From the NCBI GenBank assembly GCA_029938605.1, contig JAOZUO010000015.1:779-64778 (forward strand): a DNA stretch of 64,000 nucleotides, written 5' to 3'. Shown one piece after another: positions 1-9,245 of this stretch. Under the pieces are notes generated by a model. That model was not told where the DNA came from and ran no database searches. It saw only the letters and a list, made by a program, of their open reading frames with translations. The stretch comes from Deltaproteobacteria bacterium. Lineage in GTDB: Bacteria; Myxococcota_A; Polyangia; HGW-17; JAJRWW01. The position numbers and the translations under genes are program-made. How positions within the stretch are numbered: the first letter of the stretch is position 1; each line of letters opens with the position of its first letter.

Positions 1-587
1 ACCAGCGGAGCCACCTTGTAGGCCGCCCCATTTGCGGTGTCTATCACCAACCGCGTCCCCTCGAGGGTCTGGTCGGTGGGGAAGGATTGCTTGCAGAAGG
101 CCACGTAGCGGCCGATGGCATCGTCGATGCGGCGCGCCCGGCCCACGGCGTTCGCGGCGGGGCGGAATTCGATCAGCTCGTCGGACTGCATGAGCGCTTC
201 GATCTCCGTCTCCTGCTCGTCGGGGAGCTTGAACCCGTCAGCGGCGAAGATCTTGATGCCGTTGTCGGTGAAGACGTTGTGGCTGGCGCTGATGACCAGG
301 CCTGCGTCGGCCCGCATGGACGAGGTAATGTGGGCGATGCCCGGGGTGGGCAAGGGGCCGACGATCATGACGTCGGCGCCCATGGACATGATGCCGGCTG
401 CCAGCGCGTTCTCGAACATGTAGCACGACAGCCGCGTGTCCTTGCCGATGACGATGCGCCCGGAGCGGCCGGCCCGCCGGGAGAACATCAGCGCCACGGC
501 CTGCCCCAGCCGAGTGGCCGTCTCCACGGTCATGGGCTCTACATTTGCGACCCCGCGGATGCCGTCGGTGCCAAATATCTTACGCAT
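1..587 (-). CDS. glmM: Phosphoglucosamine mutase GlmM (5' part; gene continues past window start)
   Basis: Not in the ORF track because it has no stop in the window. The reverse-strand translation from ATG (rc of 585-587) reads [20 protein letters not shown]...[18 protein letters not shown]...[17 protein letters not shown]... This matches the GlmM N-terminus and the phosphoserine SASHN motif. It lies 14 bp downstream of the stop of the Mo-hydroxylase large subunit on the same strand. Confidence 0.85.
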   Translation of the reverse strand, partial: MRKIFGTDGIRGVANVEPMTVETATRLGQAVALMFSRRAGRSGRIVIGKDTRLSCYMFENALAAGIMSMGADVMIVGPLPTPGIAHITSSMRADAGLVISASHNVFTDNGIKIFAADGFKLPDEQETEIEALMQSDELIEFRPAANAVGRARRIDDAIGRYVAFCKQSFPTDQTLEGTRLVIDTANGAAYKVAPL

Positions 588-601
588 GGGGTTGTTCCAA
601 C

Positions 602-2950
602 CTATTCTTTGCCCAGCATGTTCAGGATCCGCTCGGGGATCAGGGGTATGGTGGTTACCGGGCGTCCCAGGGCGGCGGCTACGGCGTTGGCGATGGCGGC
701 GGCGCCGGGGATGAAAGAGGGCTCGCCTATGCCCCGGGCGCCGAAGGGGCCCAGGGGCTCAGGGTCTTCGAGGAACACCATGTTCACGGTCGGCGCGTCC
801 ACGGCGGTGGGGATGAGATAGTCGGCGAAGCTCGGGTTCATGAGCTTGCCCTCTTGCAAAGACAGGTTCTCCATGCAGGCCCAGCCCATGGCTTGGACGG
901 CGCCGCCCTCCACCTGCCCCTCGATGGCGGTGGCGTGGATGACGCGTCCCACGTCGTGAATGGCCGTGATGGACAGGACCTCGAGCTTACCGGTCCAGGT
1001 GTCCACCCGCACCCGGGTGGCGTGGGCGCCGAAACTGTAGAACATGTACGCCTGGCCCTGGCCGGTCTCGGCGTCGTAGTCCCGGGGCTTGCTGCGGTAC
1101 CAGCCCACGGCGGCCGGATTTTCGCGTCGGGCGTGCAGCAGGGCAGCCACCTCCTCGAAGGCGACCCGGCGTTTGGTGTCGGGAGACTCGAAGCCCCCCT
1201 CTACCACGACGAGGGCGTCCGGATCCGGTGCGTCGAGCAGCTCGGCGGCCAGGGGGAGCAGACGGGCCTGGAGCTGATCGGCTGCGTCGCAGATGGCCCG
1301 GCCGCCCACCAGGGTGGCGCGGGAGGCCACCGTGGGACCGGAGTCCGCGACCATATCTGTGTCCACCTCGGTGATCCGGATCCGTTCTTCGTCCGCGCCC
1401 AGGGCGGTGGCGGCGATGGCCCGGGCCGCGGTCAGCGCGCCCTGGCCCATCTCCGTGACGCCGATGGCCACCGACACCGAGCCGTCCGCCTGTACCTGGA
1501 CCAGCGCGCCGCCCCGGTCCAGGGGCTGGCCGCCGTGGTGCAGGTTGGCACCGTAGATGAATACCGAGATGCCGGTGCCCTGGCGATAGCGTTCGTCGTC
1601 TTCCACCAGGCTCGCGGCCGGGCTTGCGGCGGGGCCGTGGACGTCCGCCGTGACCCCACTGTCGGTCATGACCTCACTGTCGGTCATGACCTCACTGTCG
1701 GTCATGACCTCACTGTCGGCCAGGGCGTCGAGCACCGCGCCCAGACGCTCGGTCTGCGCGATGGTCTCGCCCGTGGACCACAGGGGGCGGTCCGGAGTCA
1801 GCGCGTTCAGGCGCCGCACCTGTAGGGGGGGGAGGCCCACCTGCCGGGCCAGGCGGTCCATCTGACACTCATGGACCACGGTGACCTGCGGGGCGCCGAA
1901 GCCGCGGAAGGGGCCGCCAAAGAGGTTGTTGGTGCGCACCACCTGGGTACGGATGCGAACGTTGTCCACCGCGTAGGGCCCCACCAACGAGGTGTTGGCG
2001 CGCTCTGACACCACCGTGGACATGCCCACATAGGCACCCGCGTCCACGATGACCTCGGCGTCCACGCCCAGGATGCATCCCGAGGAGTCAGCGTAGAGCT
2101 TGTGGTGGACGGTCATGCTGTGCCGCTTGGTGGAGGCCTGGAAGTCGAGCTCACGCGGCAGGAGCAACCGCACGGGGCGTCTGGTGCGCTGGGCCAGCAG
2201 CGCCGCGCAGGCGGCGATCTCGTTGGGGTAGTCCTCCTTGCCCCCGAAGCCTCCGCCGGTGGGCGTCTGCAGGACGCGGACTTCGGCCAGGGGCAGATCG
2301 AGCACCTTGGCCACGGCGCTTCGCACGTAGAAAGGGCACTGGGTGGAAGAGTACAGCCACATGCCGCCCGTGGGAGCAGGCACGGCGAGGCAGCCCTGGG
2401 GCTCGAGGTAGGCGTGCTCCTGGCCGCCGATGCGGTAGGTCTCCTCAATGACCACCTCGGCGGTGTCGAGGGCCGATGACAGGTCGCCGCGATCCACGGA
2501 GAAGGTCCTGATGAGGTTGCCGTCGGGGTGAACCTGGGGGGCGTCTGCGTCCAGGGCGTGCTCGGCATCGTAGACGCCGGGCAGGGGCTCTGTCTCCAGC
2601 GCCACGGCCTCCAGTCCCGCCTGACAGGCCGCGGGGGTCTCGGCCACTACCAGGGCCAGCCGCTCGCCCACCATGCGGATCTCCGTCTCCACGAGGAGGG
2701 GCTGGTCGTCGAAGATGATGCCGATCCGGTTTTTGTCGCCCAGGTCGGCGGCGGTCACCACCGCCAACACGCCCTCCACCTGCCGGGCGGCGGCTACGTC
2801 CAGCCGGAGGATGCGCGCCGGTGCCTGGTCACTGGCCAGGATCGCCGCGTGAAGCATGCCCGGGGGGTGTATGTCGCCCACGTAGGGCTGCTTTCCCTGG
2901 ACCTTGGCAGCCGCGTCGGGCCGAATGGACCGTCCACCCACGCCGCTCAT
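602..2950 (-). CDS. Xanthine dehydrogenase/aldehyde oxidase-family molybdopterin-binding large subunit (CoxL/XdhA-like; lacks the CODH VAYRCSFR loop)
   Basis: 782-aa ORF with Ald_Xan_dh_C-type motifs ([22 protein letters not shown]...ECQMD) and an a/b-hammerhead N-terminus. A 4-nt ATGA overlap joins it to the upstream 2Fe-2S subunit. It contains an in-frame 18-bp x ~4 tandem repeat (DSEVMT)n. Confidence 0.88.
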   Translation of the reverse strand: MSGVGGRSIRPDAAAKVQGKQPYVGDIHPPGMLHAAILASDQAPARILRLDVAAARQVEGVLAVVTAADLGDKNRIGIIFDDQPLLVETEIRMVGERLALVVAETPAACQAGLEAVALETEPLPGVYDAEHALDADAPQVHPDGNLIRTFSVDRGDLSSALDTAEVVIEETYRIGGQEHAYLEPQGCLAVPAPTGGMWLYSSTQCPFYVRSAVAKVLDLPLAEVRVLQTPTGGGFGGKEDYPNEIAACAALLAQRTRRPVRLLLPRELDFQASTKRHSMTVHHKLYADSSGCILGVDAEVIVDAGAYVGMSTVVSERANTSLVGPYAVDNVRIRTQVVRTNNLFGGPFRGFGAPQVTVVHECQMDRLARQVGLPPLQVRRLNALTPDRPLWSTGETIAQTERLGAVLDALADSEVMTDSEVMTDSEVMTDSGVTADVHGPAASPAASLVEDDERYRQGTGISVFIYGANLHHGGQPLDRGGALVQVQADGSVSVAIGVTEMGQGALTAARAIAATALGADEERIRITEVDTDMVADSGPTVASRATLVGGRAICDAADQLQARLLPLAAELLDAPDPDALVVVEGGFESPDTKRRVAFEEVAALLHARRENPAAVGWYRSKPRDYDAETGQGQAYMFYSFGAHATRVRVDTWTGKLEVLSITAIHDVGRVIHATAIEGQVEGGAVQAMGWACMENLSLQEGKLMNPSFADYLIPTAVDAPTVNMVFLEDPEPLGPFGARGIGEPSFIPGAAAIANAVAAALGRPVTTIPLIPERILNMLGKE
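1647..1720 (-). repeat. In-frame 18-bp tandem repeat (gtcggtcatgacctcact, ~4 copies) inside the Mo-hydroxylase large subunit; encodes (MTDSEV)n
   Basis: Direct reading shows three perfect 18-mers at 1661-1714 plus a degenerate flanking copy. Confidence 0.9.
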
Positions 2951-3467
2951 GGCTGCTCCTTTGAATGGTCAGAGGTCGCCTGCGCGTCGGGTGCGGCGGC
3001 GCCGACCTTCCGGACGGCGTCCACGACCTTTTTGTAGCCCGTGCAGCGGCAGATGTTTCCCGCCAGGGCCGTGCGGACGACCTCGTCGGTGAGCTCTTTA
3101 TCGCTATCCACCAACGCCCGGGCGCTCATGACGAGCCCGGGGGTGCAGTAGCCGCACTGCACCGCCCCCTCTTCCACGAAGGCCTGCTGGACAGGATCCA
3201 GCCCCCCGGCGCCGTCGCCGAGTCCCTCCACCGTAGTGACCTGACGCTCCGCCGCTGAGCCGAGCACCATGAGGCAGCTACAGATGGGGGCGCCGTCCAC
3301 CAGCACCGTACAGGCGCCGCACTCCCCGCCGCCGCAGCCCTCCTTGGCGCCGGTGAGACCCAGCTCGTTGCGTAGGAAGTCCAGCAGTCGCATGGTGGGA
3401 GAGGCGTCGGTGACATGCACCGTGCCGTTGACCGTGATTCTTATCTTTATAGCGGGCGCGCTCATGA
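2947..3467 (-). CDS. (2Fe-2S)-binding small subunit of Mo-hydroxylase (CoxS/XdhC-iron-sulfur type)
   Basis: Translation MSAPAIKIRITVNG...CGGGECGACTV...QCGYCTPG...CRCTGY shows plant-type and second [2Fe-2S] Cys clusters. Start set at the internal ATG (rc 3465-3467) by homology; the ORF-track 5' extension is Arg/Pro-rich read-through. Confidence 0.85.
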
Positions 3468-4319
3468 CTTCATGCACTCCAGCAGGTGCTCGCGCACCAG
3501 GGCCGCCACCAGCCGGCGGCGGTACTCGCCTGTGGCCCGGTGGTCGTCGATGGGTTGGGCCTGGGCCGCTGCTGCCGCCGCCGCGGTGCGGCAGAGCTCC
3601 TCGGTGAGGGGCTCGCCATGTACCAGCGCCTCGGCCCGGCTCGGCCTCAAGCAGGTGGGGCCCACGGCGGCCAGAGCCAGGCGGCACTGTTGCACCACGC
3701 CGTCGGTGATCTGCGTCACGCCTGCCACGGCGGTCAGACTGCACACCAGGGCGTTGCGACCGCCCACCTTGTTAAAGGACTGATGGGCCGCGGTGTCGTC
3801 CGGGAGCAGGGGGATGGAGAAGGCCTCCAGCAGCTCCCCGGGCGCCAGGGCCGTTGTGCCGGGCCCGCGCAAAAACTCCCCGATGGGGAGGGAGCGGACG
3901 CCGCCCACCGAGCGGAGCATCACCCGGGCCTCAAGCGCCACCAGCGCACAGGCGGTGTCCGCCGCGGGCGAGGCGTTGCAGACGTTGCCGCCCACGGTGG
4001 CCATGTTCTGGATCTGGGCGGCTCCCACCTTGGACGCGGCCTGCGCCAGGGCCGGGAGCTGTCGGACCACCACGGCGTCACCCAGGAGCTGGGTCATGGT
4101 GCACATGGCGCCGATGACGACGGCGTCCCCGGTGGGATGGATGGTGTCGAGGCCGATACGTCCGATGTCCACCAGGACACTGGGCTTCATGTGTCCGACG
4201 CGCATGCGGACCAGCAGGTCGGTGCCGCCCCCCAGGGGGCGCGCGCCGGCTCCTTCGCCCGAAAGGATCGTCAGGGCCTCGGTGATTTTCTTGGGCCGAT
4301 AGTATCTGGGTTCATTCAT
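3462..4319 (-). CDS. FAD-binding subunit of Mo-hydroxylase (CoxM/XdhB-like, FAD_binding_5 + CO_deh_flav_C)
   Basis: Translation MNEPRYYRPKKITEALTIL...GGGTDLLV...ATVGGNVCNASPAAD. The start is taken at the ATG at 4319; an alternative GTG at 4337 would add 6 aa. Order M-S-L matches cox-type operons. Confidence 0.82.
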   Translation of the reverse strand: MNEPRYYRPKKITEALTILSGEGAGARPLGGGTDLLVRMRVGHMKPSVLVDIGRIGLDTIHPTGDAVVIGAMCTMTQLLGDAVVVRQLPALAQAASKVGAAQIQNMATVGGNVCNASPAADTACALVALEARVMLRSVGGVRSLPIGEFLRGPGTTALAPGELLEAFSIPLLPDDTAAHQSFNKVGGRNALVCSLTAVAGVTQITDGVVQQCRLALAAVGPTCLRPSRAEALVHGEPLTEELCRTAAAAAAAQAQPIDDHRATGEYRRRLVAALVREHLLECMKS

Positions 4320-4377
4320 CGGGTGTGACGCTAGCACAAAGAAGAAGTCGCCTCAATTCGATGATACACTTAGGACC

Positions 4378-4602
4378 ATGGACATCCTCCTGTACGTAGT
4401 CCTGGGCATCGGTGTTTTGTGGTTCACCTTCCGGTTCGTGTGGTTCATTCGCAAGCGCGTGATCCTGCGGTGGGCGGGGCGTGTCCGCAACATGCGGTGC
4501 CCGGCCTGCAAATCCAAGCGGCTGGACGACTTCAGCGATGCGGATAGCGGCATGTGCCTATCCTGCGGTCACGTCTGGGGCGTGGATGGTCCTGATTCCT
4601 GA
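4378..4602 (+). CDS. Small membrane protein with C-terminal zinc-ribbon (CPAC...CLSCGH)
   Basis: 74-aa ORF with an N-terminal TM helix, a CxxC...CxxC motif and GC3-rich codon usage. No homology is recognised. Confidence 0.35.
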   Translation: MDILLYVVLGIGVLWFTFRFVWFIRKRVILRWAGRVRNMRCPACKSKRLDDFSDADSGMCLSCGHVWGVDGPDS

Positions 4603-4760
4603 ATAGCGCGGAGGGGTGGCCCCGGCGCCAGCGGGGAACGTATGCGATCAAATGGGTGTCGTAGGACGGTCTTGCCGCGGCCTAGGGAGTGCTGTTACGT
4701 TCGGCGGGTTCGGTGCCCTTGCGCGCCGTTGGACTGCTGACATAGACGTGGAGTCAACCT

Positions 4761-5294
4761 ATGGATCAATACGCTGTGCTCACCGCTGTGGGGCCCGACC
4801 GGCCCGGGTTGGTGGATGTCATCTCCAAGTTCATTCTCGACGCCGGGTGTAACATTGAGGACAGCCGCATGGCCGTGTTGGGCGGCGAGTGCGCCATGGT
4901 GATCCTCGTGGCGGGCGACGTCGACGGGGTCTCGGCGGTGGTCGACGGCGTCGAGGCCGCGGGGACCGCCGCGGGGCTCGTCGTGGGGATCAAGCGCACC
5001 GGCCCTCCCGGCGAGGGGGTCAGCGCCGGGGCCATCCCCTATCGGGTGAGCGCCTACTCCATGGATCACCCGGGCATCGTGCAGCAGGTGACCCACTTCC
5101 TGGGTGAGCTCGGCATTAACGTGCGGGCGCTCGACACCCATGTGACGTCCGCGCCGATCACCGGGCAGCCGCTGTTCTCCCTCAATGCCGTCATCGACGT
5201 GCCCTCCGGCCAGAGCGTCAGGGAGTTGCGTCGGGGGTTGGAGGAGATCGGAGCCGTGGAGAATGTCGATATCGAGGTCAAGCCCGCTGGTTAG
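4761..5294 (+). CDS. Tandem ACT-domain regulatory protein (GcvR-like)
   Basis: 177 aa with two ACT-like halves (GPDRPGLVDVISKFILDAGCNIED... / MDHPGIVQQVTHFLGELGINV...). Confidence 0.7.
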   Translation: MDQYAVLTAVGPDRPGLVDVISKFILDAGCNIEDSRMAVLGGECAMVILVAGDVDGVSAVVDGVEAAGTAAGLVVGIKRTGPPGEGVSAGAIPYRVSAYSMDHPGIVQQVTHFLGELGINVRALDTHVTSAPITGQPLFSLNAVIDVPSGQSVRELRRGLEEIGAVENVDIEVKPAG

Positions 5295-5350
5295 GGCCCA
5301 CCGGTTAGGATGGTTCATTTCCCGAACCCGATGTCTGCGAGAGGTACACG

Positions 5351-6226
5351 ATGAGTGACGTTTTTCGAGAGGTGGCGCGGCTGCGCGACGCAGGTGAGCG
5401 GGGCGTGTTGGTAGTGGTGGTGGAGTCGGTGGGTTCCACCCCGGCCAAGGCCGGAGCGCGTATGATCGTGCGGTCCGATGGCACCACCTTCGGCACCGTG
5501 GGCGGCGGCGCCCTGGAACACCACGCCATCGGGCTCGCTCCCCAGGTGTTGGCCGACGGTGTCCCCCGGTTGTTGCCGCTACACCTGGCCAACGATCTTG
5601 CCATGAGCTGCGGCGGTCAGACCACGCTCTTTGTCGAGCCCTTCGGTGCTGGATCCCGGCTCTACCTCTTTGGCGCGGGGCACATCGCGGTGCAGGTTTG
5701 TGAGATGGCGGCGCGTTGCGGTTTCACCGTGGTGGTGTGCGACGAGCGGGAGGAGCTTTGCAACCCCACGCGCTTTCCGCGCGCGGCGCGGCTGTACGGG
5801 TCGACGGAGGCTGCCGGGCTGGAGGAGCTCGGGATCCGGGATCACCTGGACCAGGCCTACGTGGTGGTGGTCACCCATACCCACGAGCGGGACTTCCGGC
5901 TCGTGCGGGCCATCGCCCCCATGGGGCCGGTCTATATGGGCATGATCGGGTCCAAGCGGAAGCGTCGTACCCTCGACAAGTACCTCGCCGATGCGGGGCT
6001 CGATCCGTCGCTGGGCGAGGCGGTGCGTTGCCCGGCGGGGTTGGGCCTGGGGGGCGACAGCCCGGCCGAGATCGCCCTGGATATCACCGCGGAGCTGGTG
6101 TCCGTCCGATCCGCACGGAGCGCTGCGCTCTCTGCGCTCTCTGCGCCCGCTGCGCCCTCTGCGCCCTCTGCGCCTGCTGCCAAACCGGTTGTTCCAACCG
6201 ACAGCGATCCGGCGAAAAATGGCTGA
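5351..6226 (+). CDS. XdhC/CoxI-family molybdenum-cofactor insertion/sulfuration accessory protein
   Basis: The N-terminal XdhC_CoxI domain reads VLVVVVESVGSTPAKAGARMIVRSDGTTFGTVGGGALE, followed by a Rossmann XdhC_C domain. The C-terminal tail is a low-complexity (SALSAPAAPSAPSAP) repeat. The stop overlaps the next start (ATGGCTGA). Confidence 0.85.
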   Translation: MSDVFREVARLRDAGERGVLVVVVESVGSTPAKAGARMIVRSDGTTFGTVGGGALEHHAIGLAPQVLADGVPRLLPLHLANDLAMSCGGQTTLFVEPFGAGSRLYLFGAGHIAVQVCEMAARCGFTVVVCDEREELCNPTRFPRAARLYGSTEAAGLEELGIRDHLDQAYVVVVTHTHERDFRLVRAIAPMGPVYMGMIGSKRKRRTLDKYLADAGLDPSLGEAVRCPAGLGLGGDSPAEIALDITAELVSVRSARSAALSALSAPAAPSAPSAPAAKPVVPTDSDPAKNG

Positions 6227-6875
6227 GCCGACCCACATCGGGGCGCTGATTCCGGCGGCGGGACGTTCTCGTCGTATGGGGCGGGCCAAGCCGCTTCTGC
6301 CCCTCGGCGATTCTGACTTTGTCGGTTGTATTCTGGGGACCCTGCGGCGCCACGCTCCGGGGGTCGCGCCGGTGGTGGTGATCCACCGGGAGGGGGACCG
6401 GGCGTTGGCGGCACGGCTCGAAGCGCTGGGTGAGGCGCTGGGCGAGGCGAATGTCGGGGTGGCCACGATAGACGATGGCCCGGGAGATATGCTGCGGTCG
6501 CTGCGCGCCGGCGTGGGGCTGCTCGGTGACGCGGTGGGCGCTCTGGTGTGGCCCGTGGACGTCCCGGTAGTGTTGGGCGCCACGGTAGCGAAGGTGCTTG
6601 GTGCGGCCTTCGGGCGGCCGGATCGCGTGGTGATGCCGCTCACGGGTGGGCGGACCGGGCACCCGACGTATGTGCCGCGCACCCTGCTCGAGCCCGGGGC
6701 AGATGCCGGGGTAGCCGCGGACGCACCCCCGGGTTTGCGGGGCGTCCTGGCTTCGGCGAACAAACCCAGAATCGAGGTAGTGGTCGAAGATCGTTTCAGT
6801 CTTTTGAATGTGAACACACCCGAGGACTACGATCTGATCCAAGGATGGTTGCTTCAGGACGGTCCTACGTTATGA
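6219..6875 (+). CDS. MobA-like NTP transferase, probable molybdenum-cofactor cytidylyltransferase (MocA-like)
   Basis: Translation MAEPTHIGALIPAAGRSRRMGRAKPLLPLG matches the MocA/MobA N-terminal motif. The start is taken at the ATG at 6219; the ORF-track 5' extension is read-through of the xdhC tail. An 8-bp overlap with xdhC suggests translational coupling. Confidence 0.75.
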   Translation: MAEPTHIGALIPAAGRSRRMGRAKPLLPLGDSDFVGCILGTLRRHAPGVAPVVVIHREGDRALAARLEALGEALGEANVGVATIDDGPGDMLRSLRAGVGLLGDAVGALVWPVDVPVVLGATVAKVLGAAFGRPDRVVMPLTGGRTGHPTYVPRTLLEPGADAGVAADAPPGLRGVLASANKPRIEVVVEDRFSLLNVNTPEDYDLIQGWLLQDGPTL

Positions 6876-6913
6876 TTGATTAGAGAGAGGGTTACGCTTA
6901 GAGCTCCGGTTTA

Positions 6914-7648
6914 ATGGACTACGTCGTGATTTATATATTGTTGGCGCTGGCCCTGGCGGCTTTCGTGCTGGCGCTTGGGCTCTGGTGGCGGGGTCGGCGG
7001 ATTCATCGGAATGAGGCGGCCGCGGCTGATCTTACACCCCTGTCGGCCGAGAACTTGCGGCAGCTCCGCTCTCGTCTTCGCACCGTGGCCAACCATCTGC
7101 CGCGCCAGCGGGCGCTGACCTACTGCGACTTTCCCGCCATTGACGCGGCCGCCACCATCGAGGCCTGGCTCCTGCAGCAGAGGCCCGAGAACGCTCGCGC
7201 CGCGGCGACCATCGCCCTGCGCTCGGATCCCCGGAACTGGCGGGTTCGCCTCCATCTGGCGCGCACACTGTTTTACTGCGAGGAGATGGAGGCAGCGGCT
7301 CGGGAGCTGGTGCGGGCCCGTTTGCTGGGGGACAACTCTCCGGCGCAGGACTATCTCGAGGCCAGGATCCGCCTCGCCGCGACGGAGATTGCGTGTTCCC
7401 GGGATCAAACCGCCGCCGACGATCTGGCCTTTCGGCTGCGCAACGAGTCCGCCGAGGCCCTGGAGATGCTCCTGGACGTGGTGGAGCGGGACCCGGCCTT
7501 CGGGGACGCCGCCTACCACGCCGGGCGCCTGGCCATTCGCATCGGCTTGGAGCAGGAGGGCCGCGAAATTCTGTACCACGTTGCCCCTCTCATGGAGGCC
7601 AGCCCCGAACGAGCCGACTACCTCCACGAGGTATCTCGCCTGAATTAG
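6914..7648 (+). CDS. Hypothetical N-terminally membrane-anchored helical-repeat protein
   Basis: 244-aa ORF with one N-terminal TM helix and TPR-like helical content. No specific homology is recognised. Confidence 0.5.
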   Translation: MDYVVIYILLALALAAFVLALGLWWRGRRIHRNEAAAADLTPLSAENLRQLRSRLRTVANHLPRQRALTYCDFPAIDAAATIEAWLLQQRPENARAAATIALRSDPRNWRVRLHLARTLFYCEEMEAAARELVRARLLGDNSPAQDYLEARIRLAATEIACSRDQTAADDLAFRLRNESAEALEMLLDVVERDPAFGDAAYHAGRLAIRIGLEQEGREILYHVAPLMEASPERADYLHEVSRLN

Positions 7649-7878
7649 GGCCCTTGCCCCCCAATGCCAGTTATTTTTGCACTTTCCCTTTTTGACTCCG
7701 GGAGCTTAAACGCTGGGCGGTTACATTGTTTTTACCCCAGAAGTGGGTTCGAAGCGAAAGCGTTCCAGGTGCGTCGGATGGGCACTACCAATTTGTGCGA
7801 GCACTACCAAAACAGTTGACTGATTCATCCACATTAGACTATGGCTAGTGTATACAAACGTAAACGGGGAGGTCGATC

Positions 7879-8982
7879 ATGAAAACAAGAATACTAACAT
7901 CACTGATAACAGTAGTTGCATTGGTACCGCTTGTTTACTCATGCAATAGCTCCTCTGAGGGGACTGATGTAAGTAAATCGGATGTGGCCTCAGATATGGG
8001 CGGTGGTAAGGCCGACGGGTGGGACTTATGTCTGCTCAATGAGTGGTACAACGATGGAGAATGTGACACTTTTTGTCCTGAACCTGATCCAGACTGTGGC
8101 GAAACGGTCTGTAGACCTATCTGCGACGCCGTAGGAACCAGGTCTGAGGGGTGGTATGATTCGTGTACAAACGAGCTGATCGGTTGGGCCCAATGTAGCA
8201 ATTGTACCGCTTTGTGCCAGGCAGTTGGCTCTCGATCCGAGGGTTGGTATGATTCGTGTGGCACGGGTATGGATGGAACTGGACTGATTCGGTGGGAGAG
8301 GTGTGGAACTCAGTTTGAATGTCCACTGACCGGTATCCTCTGCACCCCAAGCTGTCCCCCCGAGGAAGAAATTAATGGTGCCCCCTGTCAACGAGGTCTG
8401 TTTAACGAAGCCACTTGTACTTGTGAACCTATTGAGGAGGATTGCAAACCGATCTGTGACGCAATAGGCAGCAGATCTGAAGGTTGGTATGACTCCTGTA
8501 GCGGCGACCTGATCGGTTGGGGATCGTGCGGTGAGGATTGTGAGGCGGTGTGTCGCAATGTTGGCACCAGATCAGTAGGCTGGTATGACTCCTGTGACAT
8601 CGGCTTGAATGGAATAGGGCTGATTGTCTGGGATTCCTGCGGAGAACAAGGTTGCCCACTATCCGGTATTGCTTGTTCCCCAGACTGCCCCGTCAGCGGA
8701 GAAATCAATGGCGCTCCCTGTCAGCAAGGTAACTTCAACGAAGAGACCTGTGTTTGTGAGCCTCTAGAAACATACTGCATGCCCGTATGCGACGCCATTG
8801 GGTCAAACTCTGAAGGCTGGTATCAATCCTGTACTGGTGACCTGATTGGCTGGGCTCCCTGCGCTGGCTGTGTGGCAGATTGTCGAAATGTTGGAACTCC
8901 CTCAGAAGGCTGGTATGACGACAGTTGTGGTGGGTTGGGTTTTGATGAGCTCATTACCTATGCAACCTGTGGCCTCCCGTAG
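7879..8982 (+). CDS. Secreted cysteine-rich repeat lipoprotein (6 copies of C..ICDAxGSRSEGWYDSC-type repeat); low-GC, probably horizontally acquired
   Basis: Signal peptide with a lipobox-like ...LVYSC. Repeated CDA[VI]G[ST]RSEGWYDSC units recur six times. Codon usage is markedly AT-richer than the neighbours, as is the 230-bp upstream region. Confidence 0.7.
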   Translation: MKTRILTSLITVVALVPLVYSCNSSSEGTDVSKSDVASDMGGGKADGWDLCLLNEWYNDGECDTFCPEPDPDCGETVCRPICDAVGTRSEGWYDSCTNELIGWAQCSNCTALCQAVGSRSEGWYDSCGTGMDGTGLIRWERCGTQFECPLTGILCTPSCPPEEEINGAPCQRGLFNEATCTCEPIEEDCKPICDAIGSRSEGWYDSCSGDLIGWGSCGEDCEAVCRNVGTRSVGWYDSCDIGLNGIGLIVWDSCGEQGCPLSGIACSPDCPVSGEINGAPCQQGNFNEETCVCEPLETYCMPVCDAIGSNSEGWYQSCTGDLIGWAPCAGCVADCRNVGTPSEGWYDDSCGGLGFDELITYATCGLP

Positions 8983-9012
8983 CCAACCCCGGGCCCGACA
9001 ACGATGAACTCT

Positions 9013-9245
9013 GGGCCCGACCAGGAATAAGCGAAGCGCTCAGCTCGCCGATCTATCCCCGTTGACTGCGTCGCTCGTCACTCGGAATCATAGAGATTTT
9101 CTCGCTCCTCGGTTCTTGCCAGCGGCACCGGTCCCCATATCGAAATACTGAGCCTGTAGGGATGCGATTCGTCAGCGATCTTGATCGCTTGGAGCATATT
9201 TGATCGGCATTGCCCTTGGTCCGGACCTTATTCCTGGACGGGCCC
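9013..9245. repeat. 19-bp inverted repeat pair (gggcccgaccaggaataag / cttattcctggacgggccc, 1 mismatch) separated by ~195 bp, between convergent genes
   Basis: Direct reading places the arms at 9013-9031 and 9227-9245. The right arm overlaps the pepP stop codon. Confidence 0.8.

Noticed and set aside
87-821. 244-aa plus-strand ORF at the window start, with nested ORFs 115..423 and 436..714
   Set aside because: It is antisense to a clear glmM homologue on the minus strand, which matches GlmM residue-for-residue including SASHN. The plus-strand product is Gly/Ala/Arg-rich with no motif, a typical high-GC antisense artefact.
545-1825. Long ORFs antisense to confidently assigned genes: 545..1825 +, 3486..4328 +, 5579..6817 -, 10447..11313 +, 18231..18869 -, 32125..33408 +, 49310..50377 +, 54769..56925 +, 60630..61247 -, 46600..47358 -
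   Set aside because: In ~70% GC DNA the antisense frames of real genes stay open. These translate to Arg/Gly/Pro/His-rich low-complexity sequence without recognisable domains. Each overlaps a gene with strong family-level evidence on the other strand.
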